A DNA stretch of 64,000 bases, taken from contig NC_043009.1 of assembly GCF_006345805.1 (NCBI RefSeq), forward strand, positions 54,560,001 through 54,624,000, given 5' to 3'. Under the pieces are notes generated by a model. The model ran no database searches. It saw only the letters and a program-made list of their open reading frames with translations, and was not told the DNA's origin. Source of the DNA: Octopus sinensis. Taxonomy: Eukaryota. Shown piece by piece: positions 48,840 through 63,966 of the stretch; positions within the stretch are counted from its first letter, which is position 1; each line of letters starts with the position of its first letter. Made by a program: the position numbers and the translations under genes.

Positions 48840-50550
48840 CTCCTTAACAAAGTTTATCTTTCTGGCTGTAGTGTGGGCATTTCCACTATCATAACCTCCT
48901 TGCTGATGGCCTCAGCAATGATGTTAAGTATTCGAGTGTATCTCTCTCTATATAAACGGCAGTTTGTCTGTCTGTGTGTCTGTGTGTCTGTCAGGTTGTA
49001 CCCTCACCCTGACCACGGCTTTCAACCGATTCTGATGAAACTTGACACACACATAGCCCAATGTCATAATTCAAAACTAACGCAGCGAAAATTTGGAAAA
49101 GTTCCCCCAGTTCTGAAAAAAATCGATAAATTCGACATGGGGTCGAGAATCAGAAACACAAACCACAGACTGTCTAGGGGACGCAACTCGACCTTTTTAA
49201 CTCTCAAAAAAAAAAAGAATTACCATCATTTTTTTTCCATTTTTTTTGCTATTTTTTGGCTATAACTCTCTAAAAATGCTTTATAGTTATTTCTCTTACA
49301 AACCCGAGCAACGCCGGGCGATACTGCTAGTCTCCAATAATAGTGCTCCTCACCCTTGGAGAAGTTGCTTGGGATGTGTTCAAAAGTCTCTGCCTCAGAT
49401 TACAAAGTACGTGTGGTTGTTTTTACTATGCCTCACGTAAACAGACTGGATGAGGTGGGGAGGACATCACAGATTCTGTGGATCAAGATCTTGATCCTCT
49501 GAGGATTTCATTTAAAGTTATACTACCAGGTTACAATCCCTTCCGCTCTACTTGCTCGTTTTTCTTTCATCGATTTTCACAAATCCTCCTGCTCCAACTT
49601 CCGCGTCTCCCCTCCTGCAATCCGCATCATATCAGGTTGTTGTTGCACTTCCGAGTTCGGACCTATCCTGTACCAAACCGCAACAAATATCTTGCGCTTC
49701 AAAGTTCTTCTCCACGGCCTGTTGGACTTCATCGGTTTCCTACCTCTTCCTCTATTGTCGCTGAAGTTCCCTGCACCAGACACTTTGATGACATTTAAAC
49801 CGGTGTTCTGTAGATGTCCTTGTGCACGTATCACCGTGAATTTTTCCTTGACAGAGCTAAACGAAAACTTGAGCTTCTTGCTGCTTCTGTGTAGCCCAAT
49901 ATTGCTCAATATACGTGATAAATCCAGTCCTCTGTGAAGACGGCTGCTCACTTTACATTTTAAGCTCACCATTTTGACATAGATGTTCCATAGATGCACA
50001 GAGATCAGAGGATTCTTGGGAGGATCCTGTGCTGTTATGCCCAAGCCTTGAATATTCCTAGTAACACAGACTTTTCTACAGCTTCCAGCAGTCCGTCTAG
50101 GTATGCTCTAGTCGATACGATAATTGCAGTTGAAGACCTATCCAAGACGCTTCACTAATTTTTCCAGGAACAGACAGGATATAGCCTTCTGCCTTCATCA
50201 AAACTATACACCGAGACTTTGAAAGTTTGAAATTCACTCGTGCCCATGCCACAAGCTTCTCTAGCACCTGGAGGATCCATACGGCTCTCTACATTGTTGT
50301 TGTTATCAACTTGAGGTTATCCTTGAAAGTTCTAATAGATGGTTTCTTTACTCATGTCCTGCTAAGGGGGCTCCAATAATTCTTTTTTTACTGTGACGAT
50401 TAGCATATTTATTGCCAATGCAAAGAAGGACACCGGGATGCTCTGCTTCAAATTGGTGCCAATAAGGAGCTTGGAAACCCTGAAGCTGAAGTGGCTGTTG
50501 TAGTTCATGTTGATTTTTGGAATACTTTCTGAAATATATTGTATCCTTAA
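48840..50550 (-). mobile_element. Decayed HERO-clade (R2-group REL) LINE, RT to zinc-knuckle region
   Basis: SIRTFKDNL, WILQVLEKLVAWARVNFKLSKSR, FKAWA*QHRILPRIL, FSSVKEKFTVIRA, QRIKILIHRICDVLPT and EHYYWR|YTRILNIIAEAI match HERO motifs. Confidence 0.82.
48941..49330 (+). mobile_element. Non-autonomous Helitron (390 bp)
   Basis: A|TC 5' end, subterminal hairpin cccg-agcaacgc-cggg (49303-49318), CTAG|T 3' end, no TSD; excision restores the HERO frame. Confidence 0.93.
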
Positions 50551-50629
50551 ATCCTTAAATCCTTAAAAATGTTTTAGCCCGAAGGCCGCGGCCATGCTGG
50601 GGCCCCACCGCTGAATGAGCTACACTAAT

Positions 50630-50935
50630 ATGTGAATCCACCTCTGATACGTGGCACTTAGTCAACTAGGGAGTTCGATGCCGCTGTCCGCATCTGCGTC
50701 TCCTGTCGTGAGGTAGGTTCATCTGGGACCCCCGACAAGAAGAGATCCAGTTTAGTTTTAAAGAAACCCACATCCACACCATGCAAGTCTCTCAGGCATT
50801 TAGGGAGGGTGTTAAAGAGCTGTGGTCCTCTGAAACCCAAGCTGTTACAGTATCTGGTCCTGTATTTTGGTGATGGTGTTGGAATCTTTGGCGTCTCTAC
50901 TGTGACTTCAACCAGCTAATATAAGTGAATGTTTG
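50630..50935 (-). mobile_element. CR1/L2/Jockey-group LINE, extreme C-terminus and 3'UTR
   Basis: RTRYCNSLGFRGPQLFNTLPKCLRDL..FKTKLDLFLSGVPDEP..AASNSL. Confidence 0.8.
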
Positions 50936-50969
50936 TGTATGTCTACGTATGTGCATGTACATACATACA

Positions 50970-51005
<36 letters not shown>

Positions 51006-51263
51006 TATATAGTGAGAATTCACAAAAATACAAAAGACGAAGGTGGGTGTGTAAGCAACAAACAGATGTATTAGTTTAACGCTCGGGAAGTAAAGAAGTC
51101 TTTTATGTTTCGACATGTATGTATGTATGTATGTATGTATGTATGTATGTATGTATGCACATATATATTCATACATACACAACTTTAAAAAATAGTTGTA
51201 TATATGGGGTTAATGCATGCATACAGTGTATGTGTATATGTATATGTATACATATGTACATAC

Positions 51264-51312
<49 letters not shown>

Positions 51313-51406
51313 TACACACATACATACTGTATGCATGCATTAACACCCAAAATACAACTTTTTTTGAAGTCGTAATTCATAGAAGTGACGTCAAATAAAT
51401 TAACAA

Positions 51407-51437
<31 letters not shown>

Positions 51438-52040
51438 GCACACACATACACACCAAATACATTCATACATACATACACACATGCATACACACATATACGC
51501 CATCTTTTCTCTTAGAAACTCATTTCACTCCGTGGCAGGAATAAACTACACCAGTTTTCTCTATCAGGTTCAAACTTGATTGAGGACATAGAAATAAAAA
51601 TAATTTATACTGGGGAATTCATATAATTCTGCATATCTGTACGATCACACACACACACACACACACACCACACACACACGCATACATACATACATACACA
51701 CGCACACATATATATATACCTCTTTATCTCTATATATACATACCTTTGCATATTTACATATACCTCTGCATATATATATATATATATGCACCTCTTTGAT
51801 ATCTACATATCTACATATATACCTTTTTCACTGACTACGTAACTTTGTATATTTCTCCTGTCCCTCTATATCGACGAGGTAGCATCAAACGGTTCCCAGA
51901 CTAGTTATATTGAGGAAAGAAAACTTCGAATGACCCGTCTGTGTATTTTCTTGTCCCTTTTTTGTATCATCTAGCTGTCTGGATGTTTTGCGTTCTTGTC
52001 CATTTTTTGTATTCCTTTATATATATATAATAATATACAT

Positions 52041-52072
<32 letters not shown>

Positions 52073-52480
52073 GACATAAATGACAGAGAAACAATAAGAA
52101 AATTCTATCATGACAAATTGTTTCGTAACTTAAAAACATGTAAATAATTCATATTATATTTAATAATATATAAAATACTTATATGTCTGTATCAATGCAT
52201 AATGCAAAAATTCCTTCAAAGTAAGGTAGAATTTAAGCTACGTTCTCAGGTGAAATAAAGTCTTTGTTAAATAGTAAATTTTCGATGTAACATGATATTA
52301 GAATTTTCTTTTTGTTAAATAAATTTTCGTCAAACTATTTTTCTATCATTTATCACTTTGTATATTCCTTATCGATTTCTCTTGTATTGATCTGTATATT
52401 CAATATTTTGTATAATGATACATTAAGGAGTTTTTTATATGAGTACTACAGGATTACTTCAATCCATATATTGTGAATTT

Positions 52481-52512
<32 letters not shown>

Positions 52513-52574
52513 ATATATATACACATATATATATGGGGGGTGTATGTATGTATAAATATGTTTCTGTGTGTACG

Positions 52575-52605
<31 letters not shown>

Positions 52606-52609
52606 GCGA

Positions 52610-52890
52610 GTGTGCCCTGCGTCACAACTGATATTGGTCTGTTTACGTCTCCGTGACTTAGCGGTTTGGCAAAGGGCCGATAGAATAAATACTTGCCTTA
52701 ACAAAATATATAGTGAGGTCGATACACACACTCGACAGGCTATCACATACTTCTGTCTATCAAATCCACACACAAGGCATTGGTCAGCCCGAAAGTATAG
52801 TAAAAAAAAAACACTAATCCAAGGTGTCATGCATTGAGATTGAACCCGAAATTACGTGGTTACAAAACGATTTTCTTAGCCACACAGCCA
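52610..52890. mobile_element. Two degenerate SINE C pieces in opposite orientation
   Basis: Plus-strand tail gacttagcggtttggcaaag..gatagaataa, then minus-strand head caaatccacacacaagg..gaacccgaaa..ccacacagcc. Confidence 0.6.
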
Positions 52891-53697
52891 GACTTTGTAC
52901 GAATGGCCAGTATCCTTAGACACCTTTATCAACACTATGGTATCATTGCTCTACAAGCTAATATATTACAACGCCAACCGAATGAAAGACTACCTTGTGT
53001 CAGATATTTTTAAAAACTAGTTGTGAAGTTAAATATATTCCATATAGTTCAACGTAAGAGCCAATTTCGAAGACGAAAGGTTTGATATAGTTGCTTAGAG
53101 CAGAGAAAATAAAATAAAAATTGTAGTCCGTGTCAGAGGTTTAGTGGCTGTGAACATTTCACTGGCAATTAAGCGAGAAGGAGAGGATTTATGATCAACT
53201 GTTTTGAAAAATACGATGACTATATTAATAATATTTATTACTGTCGAACTGTTTTCTGTTTTTCAAGTTGCAGTTCAAGAAAAAATGTCGCATAAAGGGA
53301 AATTAAAATGATGATGATGATGGTGATTTCTTTATTCGCCTCATGGGGGACATCAGGACCGTCTGCGATTCGTGTAAGGATTTGCATAAAAGATGAGGGG
53401 AAGAGAAGTAGAAAAGACAATAAAATGAAATAAAATGAAATAGTATGCAAAACATATGCGAACAACATGAATGTTGCAGTCCTCCTAATACAGAAAAATT
53501 TCCAGCTAAGGCTGGTCAACAAACCTCACAGGTCCAGGATTACCTTGAGAACCAAAGCCCATCTACTGTTCTCCAATCTACATGTGCATATTTAGAGCTG
53601 GTCCATTCACCCTAACCATTTTTGCTTCAGTCACCCACCTTTTGCATATTCACTGGGTGAGAGAATTATGTAAACATGTTTTAACAACAGCCTGACA

Positions 53698-54370
53698 ACG
53701 GCTGTGTGTTAAGAAGCTTGCTTCCCAACCACATGGTTCGGGATTCAGTCCCACGGCGTGGCACCTTGGGCAAGTGCTTCTTCTATAGCCTCGGGCCGAC
53801 CAAAGCCTTGTGAGTGGATTTGGTAGACGGAAACTGAAAGAAGCCCGTCGTATATATGTACATAAAGGTAAAAGTGAAGTTACCTTCTTGAGTCTTGCCG
53901 ACTCATAAGGGCTGGTTTCCCGGTTTCATGGCGTATGTAGACCCCACCTGGACGGGACGCCGGTCTGTCGCAGCATAACTCATTTTTACCTGCTGAGTGA
54001 ACTGGAGCAATGTGAAATGAAGAGTTTTGCTCAAGAACACAACGCGTCGCCCGGTACAGGAATCGAAACCACAATCTTACGATCATGAAAGCAACACCCA
54101 AACCACTAAATCACGCGCCTCCGCTATATATGTATCTGTGCTTCTATGTATCTATGTGCTTGTGTCCTGGTGCCTGTGCTTGTCTCTCTACCACCAGTTT
54201 GATAACTGGTGTTGGTTGTCATGTAACTTAGCGGTTCGGCCAAAGAGATGGATACAATAAGCATCAGGTCTTAAAAAGATTAAGTACTGCGGTCGACAGA
54301 TTCGACAAAAAATCCCTCAAGGTGGTGCCCCAGCATGGCTGCAGTTTAATGACTGAAACACGCAAAAGAT
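53698..54370 (+). mobile_element. SINE family C interrupted by a family D SINE
   Basis: Head 53698-53850, body and tail 54135-54370. Confidence 0.82.
53864..54124 (-). mobile_element. CORE-type SINE (family D variant) with ~10-bp TSD
   Basis: Minus-strand head gcggaggcgcgtgatttagtgg..gtttcgattcc and CORE gtgttcttgagcaaaac..ctccagttcactcagc; tatatatgta at 53851-53860 and 54125-54134. Confidence 0.82.
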
Positions 54371-54426
54371 ATTGCTGCAGCACAAGGTCAGTGTCTTTGA
54401 TGCGGTGTAACGAATTGTGTGCCTCG

Positions 54427-54565
54427 ATGACCCTAAGAGCTAAGCCATCGGAGCACAAGCTTCTGGTACGGCCTGCCATTACTGGACAGGTCAAAGGATA
54501 GAGGCCAGACTAATACGGGTCACCTCTTCCTAGAAATAAAAATGTTTGCGTAGGTCTAACACCCC
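54427..54565 (+). mobile_element. RTE-type 5'UTR motif, copy 2
   Basis: Aligns with 30401-30535 along its whole length. Confidence 0.5.
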
Positions 54566-54849
54566 TGGTAACACTCTTACCGAGTGAAAAGTAAAGTTAC
54601 AGACGCATCGATGACAATTGAAAACTAACAAGACCTGGGAGGAAAACAAGCCCAGAGTCGAAAACACTGGAGAAAAGGAGTCGTAGGTCAATGCTTCATA
54701 GGAAGCAAAGGGCGTATGTAAAGTAAGTATATACTACTGTTATCACTCTGAATTAACATCTAGAATATTCCTGCAGTACAAATAATAATGAAATTATACG
54801 ACGTAAGCCATACACCCATTGGATAACAAAACTAGAAGACTACCAATAA

Positions 54850-55450
54850 CTAATCTTCAATGACGGCTGTTACCAGCATCTCGGTATCGTTGAGAATGCT
54901 GCAATTTTTGGTTCTGTAACTAAAATCAAAGTGACAATGGGATTCTTCTGCAGACTTCGTCGGTGGACCAGTTAATGGAGTATATTTATGACTAGTGGTT
55001 CTCATCCAGAGCTCATATGACCCCTGAGAGTCCGTATAATATTTTGAAGGGATCCACACCAGCAAAATAGTAAATCGTGGCTATACAGTAGTATTTTAAG
55101 TGTCCATGTCTTGATGTATTTTTTGCAAGAGACAGCAAGATATAGTTCAACCTACACAGATTAATGTGTGAATAACAAAATAGAAATTCTGGAAGAAGCA
55201 TCTATAAAACTAGTTTTTATACATCTAATGGTTAGGGGGCTGTCAGAATAAAATAGTAATTAAAGGGTCCCATAAATGAAAAATGGTACAGAACCACTGA
55301 TTTAGGCGTTCTCGCGTGTTTGTCGAGTATGTCTTTGGGTGAAGTAAACAGCAGCATTGTGTCCGATGTGGGAAACAGGCTTTCGTCTTGGTCTACACGT
55401 AGGTTTCCTAACGGTTGGTTCGGCTTGAAAAATCTGTCTTGCAATCCTTT
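54850..55450 (-). mobile_element. Probable decayed L1/Tx1-clade RT fragment
   Basis: LNQWF, VELYLAV..W..ILLYS, PFKIIRT, EPL and an AF..DTEMLVT (YADD-like) occur in the expected order. Confidence 0.42.
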
Positions 55451-55689
55451 CCTACGGCATTCTAATCAAATGTCTGTGATATCGAAGCTGTAACCGCTCA
55501 CTGCGGAGAAGTAGCAGCTCAACCTAGAAAGGCACCCTAATCCCCGAGCTATGCACCCTGTTGATTCTGGACTCATCTGAACTTTGTTGAGGGTTAGCAG
55601 TTGTCGATGTATGCTTAACCTAAGATTTGTAGTAGTTGTTGCAACTCTGCTGTTTTCGGTGCCATGTGTTTATATGCATTTAATCTTTT

Positions 55690-56000
55690 CTTTTATCTTT
55701 TACTTGTTTCAGTCATTGGACTGTGGTCATGCTGGTGCGCCACCTTGAGGAATTTTTAGTCGAATGAATCGACTCAGTACTTATTATTTTTTAATCCTGG
55801 TACTCATTTTATACGTCTCTTTACCGAACAACTAAGTTATTGCGTTGTCAAGGAGTAGAGGGGGACAAACACAGACACCAAGACACAAAGAACGCACACA
55901 GAATACGATGGTATTCTTTCAGTTTCCGTGTGCCAAATCCACCCACAAAGCTATGGTCGGCCACCTTTTGCTCTTTCAGTTTTCTTTTGTTTGTTCTTAT
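55690..56000 (-). mobile_element. SINE family C, degenerate
   Basis: cttttacttgtttcagtcattggactg..ttctttcagtttccg..caaatccacccacaaagc. Confidence 0.75.
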
Positions 56001-56072
56001 TAAGAAAGAACCGGTTTCTAAGAAATAAAACGTCATCATCAGAATTTAGATAACAAGAAAATTACATCTTCA

Positions 56073-56906
56073 TCTCTCTATATATAAAAGGTAGTTTGTC
56101 TGTCTGTGTGTCTGTCAGGTTGTACCCTCACCCTGACCACGGCTTTCAACCGATTCTGATGAAACTTGACACACACGTAGCCCAATGTCATAATTCAAAA
56201 CTAACGCAGCGAAAATTTTGAAAAGTTGCCCCAGTTCTGAAAACAATCGATAAATTCGACATGGGGTCGAGAATCTAAGCTTATCATATGCAACACATTT
56301 TCCGTTGTAGTTTTCGCAACTTGCAATCGATTTTCACCAAACTCATGGTGAAGCTTAATGTTACCCTAAGGAACTTAATTCTGGAGTTAGTTTTCCATGC
56401 AATACCTTACCATTAGAAAAATCGATAAAATCATGCCATTTTGGGAAATCGCGTTCAAATTCACGATGACATATTTTCGACAATAGCTTTAACAAATTGG
56501 CAGGAATTTTTTTTTTAATTCACAGCGAGCATCATGTCTGCTCCAAGGAGCTATATGACCCTTCTGATTCCAATAGGATACGTTATTACTGGAAAAAATC
56601 GGTTAATTACATCATATATGGCACACATAGCAAACCGATTTTTCTGCGATATTTTTTGAAAGTTCACATAGATTTTCCCTACACCGATATTGTACATCAA
56701 GTTTGCATTAAATGTCAAACTAACGACCTTTTGTCAATGCAGTTAACAAGTATTGGGAGAAATCAACAAAACCATATCACTTTGAGACCGACCATGATTT
56801 TACAAAATAACGGTTCAATGAGTACAAAAAAGGGTAAAAAGGTAAAGGGTATTGCTTATCGACAAAGTTTCTTACATACCCGGGCAAAGTCGGGCTATGC
56901 TCCTAG
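56073..56906 (+). mobile_element. Non-autonomous Helitron (834 bp)
   Basis: A|TC start; first ~200 bp nearly identical to 48941-49150; hairpin cccg-ggcaaagt-cggg (56879-56894); CTAG|T end. Confidence 0.9.
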
Positions 56907-57009
56907 TCTTGAATTAAAAAGAAAAGGTTCTGCATATTTTATTTTCAGTGTTTTCCTTATAAACTGAATTTTCAGAATGCAACTTCTAGAATCGATAAGG
57001 TACGTAGCT

Positions 57010-57693
57010 TGGGGATCAGTGTGATTGTCGCATTGACCATGACAGAGAAAGTTGTCATGGCGAGGCCTACGCAAAATTGCGGAAAGTGTATGGAGAGGAG
57101 TGTTTGAGCCGCATACAAGTGTACGAGTGGTTCAGACGTTTCCAATTTGGTCGAAAAAATGTCGATAGTGACGAACATTCTGGGATGTGCAAGCAACTGT
57201 GAGGGGAAATCGTCGAATCACTATCCGTTAGTTATCAGAGCATGTGCAGATTAGTTACGGTTCAGTTCAGTCCATTATCACTGAAGATTTGGGTATGAGA
57301 TGCGTGTCTCATACCAAGTATGTATCAAAGCTGCATCCAGCTGACCAAAAAGACGCTCGGATTTCAGTTGCACAAGATCTCCTTTGATTGTGCTGAGAAC
57401 GATAAAAACACTTTGAAAGCTTTACGAAGGCCTTTGAGCAGATATCGCCAAGCTTTTGGCAAAATTTGATGCAGATTCTCTGCTCAACTTTATCTATCAT
57501 GGTCAATGCGACGATTATACGCTACACACTTTCCTTCCAAGCACTTCTGTAAACAGCGGAAGTGACATAGAATGTTAGAATTTAGTGTGCCTGCACAGCA
57601 GAGTTCAAGGTCAATCTATGCCAAATGGCTTTACTCTGCGTGCTTTAGCTTCGTTACTATGGCAACAGTCCGGATATTTATTGATCAGACCCA
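57010..57693. mobile_element. Non-autonomous mariner with an inverted duplicate of its 5' end
   Basis: Plus arm encodes the transposase N-terminus to ..ENDK; the minus arm (~57420-57693) carries the TIR ggtctgatcaataaatatccggact and MTMIDKVEQRICIKFCQKLG. Confidence 0.82.
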
Positions 57694-57834
57694 TACATCA
57701 ATAACTGGGTATACACGTGTTCAGTTTTATAATGAAATACTCACATCAGCTGAAAGCTAACCTCCGCAACAATACATAATATTTTGTTTCGTTTGTGTTT
57801 TTTTTCCTGTCAAATATAACTATATTCTTTTTTA

Positions 57835-58223
57835 CTTTAGGCACAAGGCCCGAAAACTTTGGGGAGGGGTCCAGTCGATTAGATCGACCTCTGTTCGCAA
57901 CTGGTACGTAATTTATCGACCCTGAAAGGATGAAAAGCAAAGTCGACCTCGGCGAAATTTGAACTCGGAACGTAAAGACAGACAAAATAACTATTTCTTT
58001 ACTACCCACAAGGGGCTAAACACAGAGAGGACAAACAAGGACAGACAAAGGGATTAAGTCGATTACATCGACCCCAGTGCGTAACTGGTACTTAATTTAT
58101 CGACTCCGAAAGGATGAAAGGCAAAGTCGACCTCGGCGGAATTTGAACTCAGAACGTAACGGCAGACGAAATATGGCTTCGCATTTCACCCGGCGTGCTA
58201 ACGTTTCTGCCAGCTCGCCGCCT
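57835..58223 (-). mobile_element. Dimeric SINE: complete A1 followed by headless A2
   Basis: A1 57992-58223 joins through aaagaaatagttattttgtctg to an A2 core and tail; the same arrangement occurs at 44175-44540. Confidence 0.82.
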
Positions 58224-58339
58224 TCAAATATAACTATATTAGGTCTGTTATGTTTGCATTTAGCAAAAAATATTTTGGTAAAAATGCTATGTCACACACA
58301 CACACACACACACACTCACACACACACAACACACACCAC

Positions 58340-58590
58340 ATACACACACACGACGGACCTTCCCACAGTTTTTTTTTTTAATCTACCAAGCTTACTCACA
58401 AGTCACTGACTGGCCCGAGGATTAACACGGAGATTAGCACATGGATTGGCCTGGAGGTTAGCCGAGGTGTTGGCTCGGGCTTTGGCCTGGGGCTATAGAA
58501 AAAAAACATCCTGCCCTATGTGCCGTATAATAGAACTAAACCCTAAACTACCCGATTGCAAAGCAAGCTTCTTAACCACGTAGCCATGCC
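58340..58590 (-). mobile_element. SINE family C head with a ~60-bp internal insertion
   Basis: cgacggacc..ctcacaag..ggcccgagg[insert]ggctttggcctggggctatag..gcaagcttcttaaccacgtagcc. Confidence 0.6.
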
Positions 58591-59022
58591 TATGCCTATT
58601 GCCTTGCAACCTGCAACCTGTCACATAGCAAATTTTTTGTTCTGCTTCGACACAAACAACAACCAAATCATTTTTGTTGCGTTAGCTTTTAGTAAAAATA
58701 TTTTTTTATAAAAAGGTTTTGTCACGTATACACACACAAAGAGACCCACACGTATATTTAGGCGCGTTGAGCTTTTATATTTGTATTTGTGAGAAATCTG
58801 ATCGGAACAAGAGGAGAACGGGTACTAAGATTTATGAGAGTCACCAGGACTTGAAATAATTGAACTGGCGTTTTTGCAACTGATACTTTGTGCAAACTGC
58901 GGGAGCAGCCACTTGCATGTCATTTTAAATTTTAATGTATCTCCATGCACTGCATAACGTAGGAATTTTTTTAAAATATATATTAAGGGCTGAGTAATCT
59001 CCTACATACACACACACACATA

Positions 59023-59152
59023 TATATATAAATATATATATGTACAAATATGCACACACATACATCGATACATACATATATATACTCATACATATATATG
59101 TATGTATCGATGTATGTGTGTGCATATTTGTACATATATATATTTATATACT
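59023..59152. repeat. Perfect 61-bp inverted repeat with 8-nt spacer
   Basis: 59023-59083 is the exact reverse complement of 59092-59152. Confidence 0.93.
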
Positions 59153-59199
59153 CATACATATATGCATACAAACATATATACATACTCACACATGCACAC

Positions 59200-59425
59200 A
59201 TGCACACATACATACATACACACATACATACATACACACATACATATACATACATACATACATACACACATACATACATACACACATACATACATACACA
59301 CATACATACATACATACATACACATACATACATACATACATACATCCATACATACATACATACATACATACATCCATACATACATCCATACATACATACA
59401 TACATACATACATACATACATACAT

Positions 59426-59458
<33 letters not shown>

Positions 59459-59545
59459 TTCACACATACATACATACATACATACATACATACATACATA
59501 CATACATACATACATACATACATACATACACACATACATACATAC
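59200..59545. repeat. (CATA)n/(CA)n microsatellite
   Basis: Directly visible; source of the HTYI-repeat ORFs. Confidence 0.97.
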
Positions 59546-59742
59546 GTTCGTATACACGCACAATACTCGTCTCACGCTACCCGGTTAAGAGTTTCCTCCA
59601 CCTGTTTTGGGGGCTGTAGTTAACTTAGTACACTTTGTTTGCAAATGATTGAGCGGAGCCCGCCAGGCCCTCTTTTCACCCCTCACTAATCTCAGAGGGG
59701 TAGCCTAAATCAAAGGCGCTACTTTCATATTTAAGCATAGGT

Positions 59743-62544
<2,802 letters not shown>

Positions 62545-62944
62545 TCATGTACGTACGTATATCGTAGTTTTCGGTGTATGACCCTCGGTTTCTGTCAGCT
62601 AAATGGGCAAAAATAGGTCTTACACATTTGTTAATACAGAATACTCGGGATATTTTCGGACTGATATCGTTTCTCATTTATTTTGTAACCAATTGATCAA
62701 CTGATTCCCCATATTTTCATGTGTATTTATTGTATCCCAGTGGGTTATTACGTGGATTAAGTTGTAGTTATCAGGATTGCGGATCTATGGGCAGAGCGGT
62801 TCATAGTCCGGAAATTACGATACGAATGTACGTCATGCTAATTATCCTGCTAATTATCCTGCATTTTAATGAGGACCGCGAATCATCAAAAAAACTGTAA
62901 AGGGACCGGCACATAAATTTTTTTGAAAAGTTTGAGAATCACTG

Positions 62945-63384
62945 GCATAGGTGCAAGGATGCTTATGTGGTTAAGAGGGTTGCATTGCAACCATGTGGTT
63001 TCGGGTTCAGTCCCTTCGCTCAGCACCTTCGGTATGTAACTTTTACTATAGCCACGGACCGACCAGTGCTTTTTGAGTGAATCTGGTAGAAAGACCGTCG
63101 TGTGCGTTGGTGTGAGTGTGGGTGTGTGGGTGGGTGGGTGTGTGGGTGTGCATGTGTGTGTGCGCGCGCTTGTGTCTTTGTGTTTGTCCCCACCTCCACC
63201 ACCTCTTGACAACTTGGTGGTGGTTTGTTTGCTCTCGTAACCTTGCGGTTCAGCAAAAGTTATCGATAGAAATAAATACCACACTTCAAAGAATTAAAAG
63301 AGCTGAGGTTGGTTTGTTCAGATAAACCCTTCAAAGCAGTGCTGCCGCATGACCGCAGTCCAAAGACTGAAAAAAATAAATGAA

Positions 63385-63400
<16 letters not shown>
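62945..63400 (+). mobile_element. SINE family C, degenerate full length
   Basis: Head gcataggtg..ggtttcgggttcagtccc..gcaccttcgg, TG-rich centre, tail gaccgcagtccaaagactgaaaaaaataa. Confidence 0.75.
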
Positions 63401-63415
<15 letters not shown>

Positions 63416-63713
63416 ATATAGAAAAGCAAGCAAAATACAAAGAACAAGTGAACACACTTACACACACACACACACACACACACACTTATACACACGCATA
63501 TATATATATTCACACATATACACACATATATTTACATGGTGTTATGATATAGATATGTGGAAAGAAGGTCAGAGGTAAACATTAAATAAGTATGATAAAA
63601 TAAACAAAGCAAGCAAATATATGGCGTTAAGAGTTATATAAATCAACGTGGTGTGACACAGATGTTTTTATATTCCCCTTTTTTCTTGACGTATTTTCGA
63701 TTTATACATTTCA

Positions 63714-63785
<72 letters not shown>

Positions 63786-63966
63786 GTGTGTGTGTGTTCT
63801 TCTCTGTTTCTCCTTAATTTTAGAGTAAACTTTGACCGGTCACCTGCTTGGTAGTAAACTTGCAAAAAAAAAAAAAAGCATCTTGTTTTATTCATCATCC
63901 TTTAAATCTTAAGAAGGTCTTGTACATTTTTATAGACCCAGATATCGTGATCATTTGTCGCATACT

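Noticed and set aside
51011-51115. Possible Penelope-related repeat relic ending gtttcga, with another relic near 51840-51985
   Set aside because: Resemblance is from memory only, and the hammerhead core is truncated or too degenerate.
58983-59623. Long HTYI/MYVC-repeat ORFs, and similar IYLS, poly-I, poly-H and poly-S ORFs elsewhere
   Set aside because: Simple-repeat artefacts.
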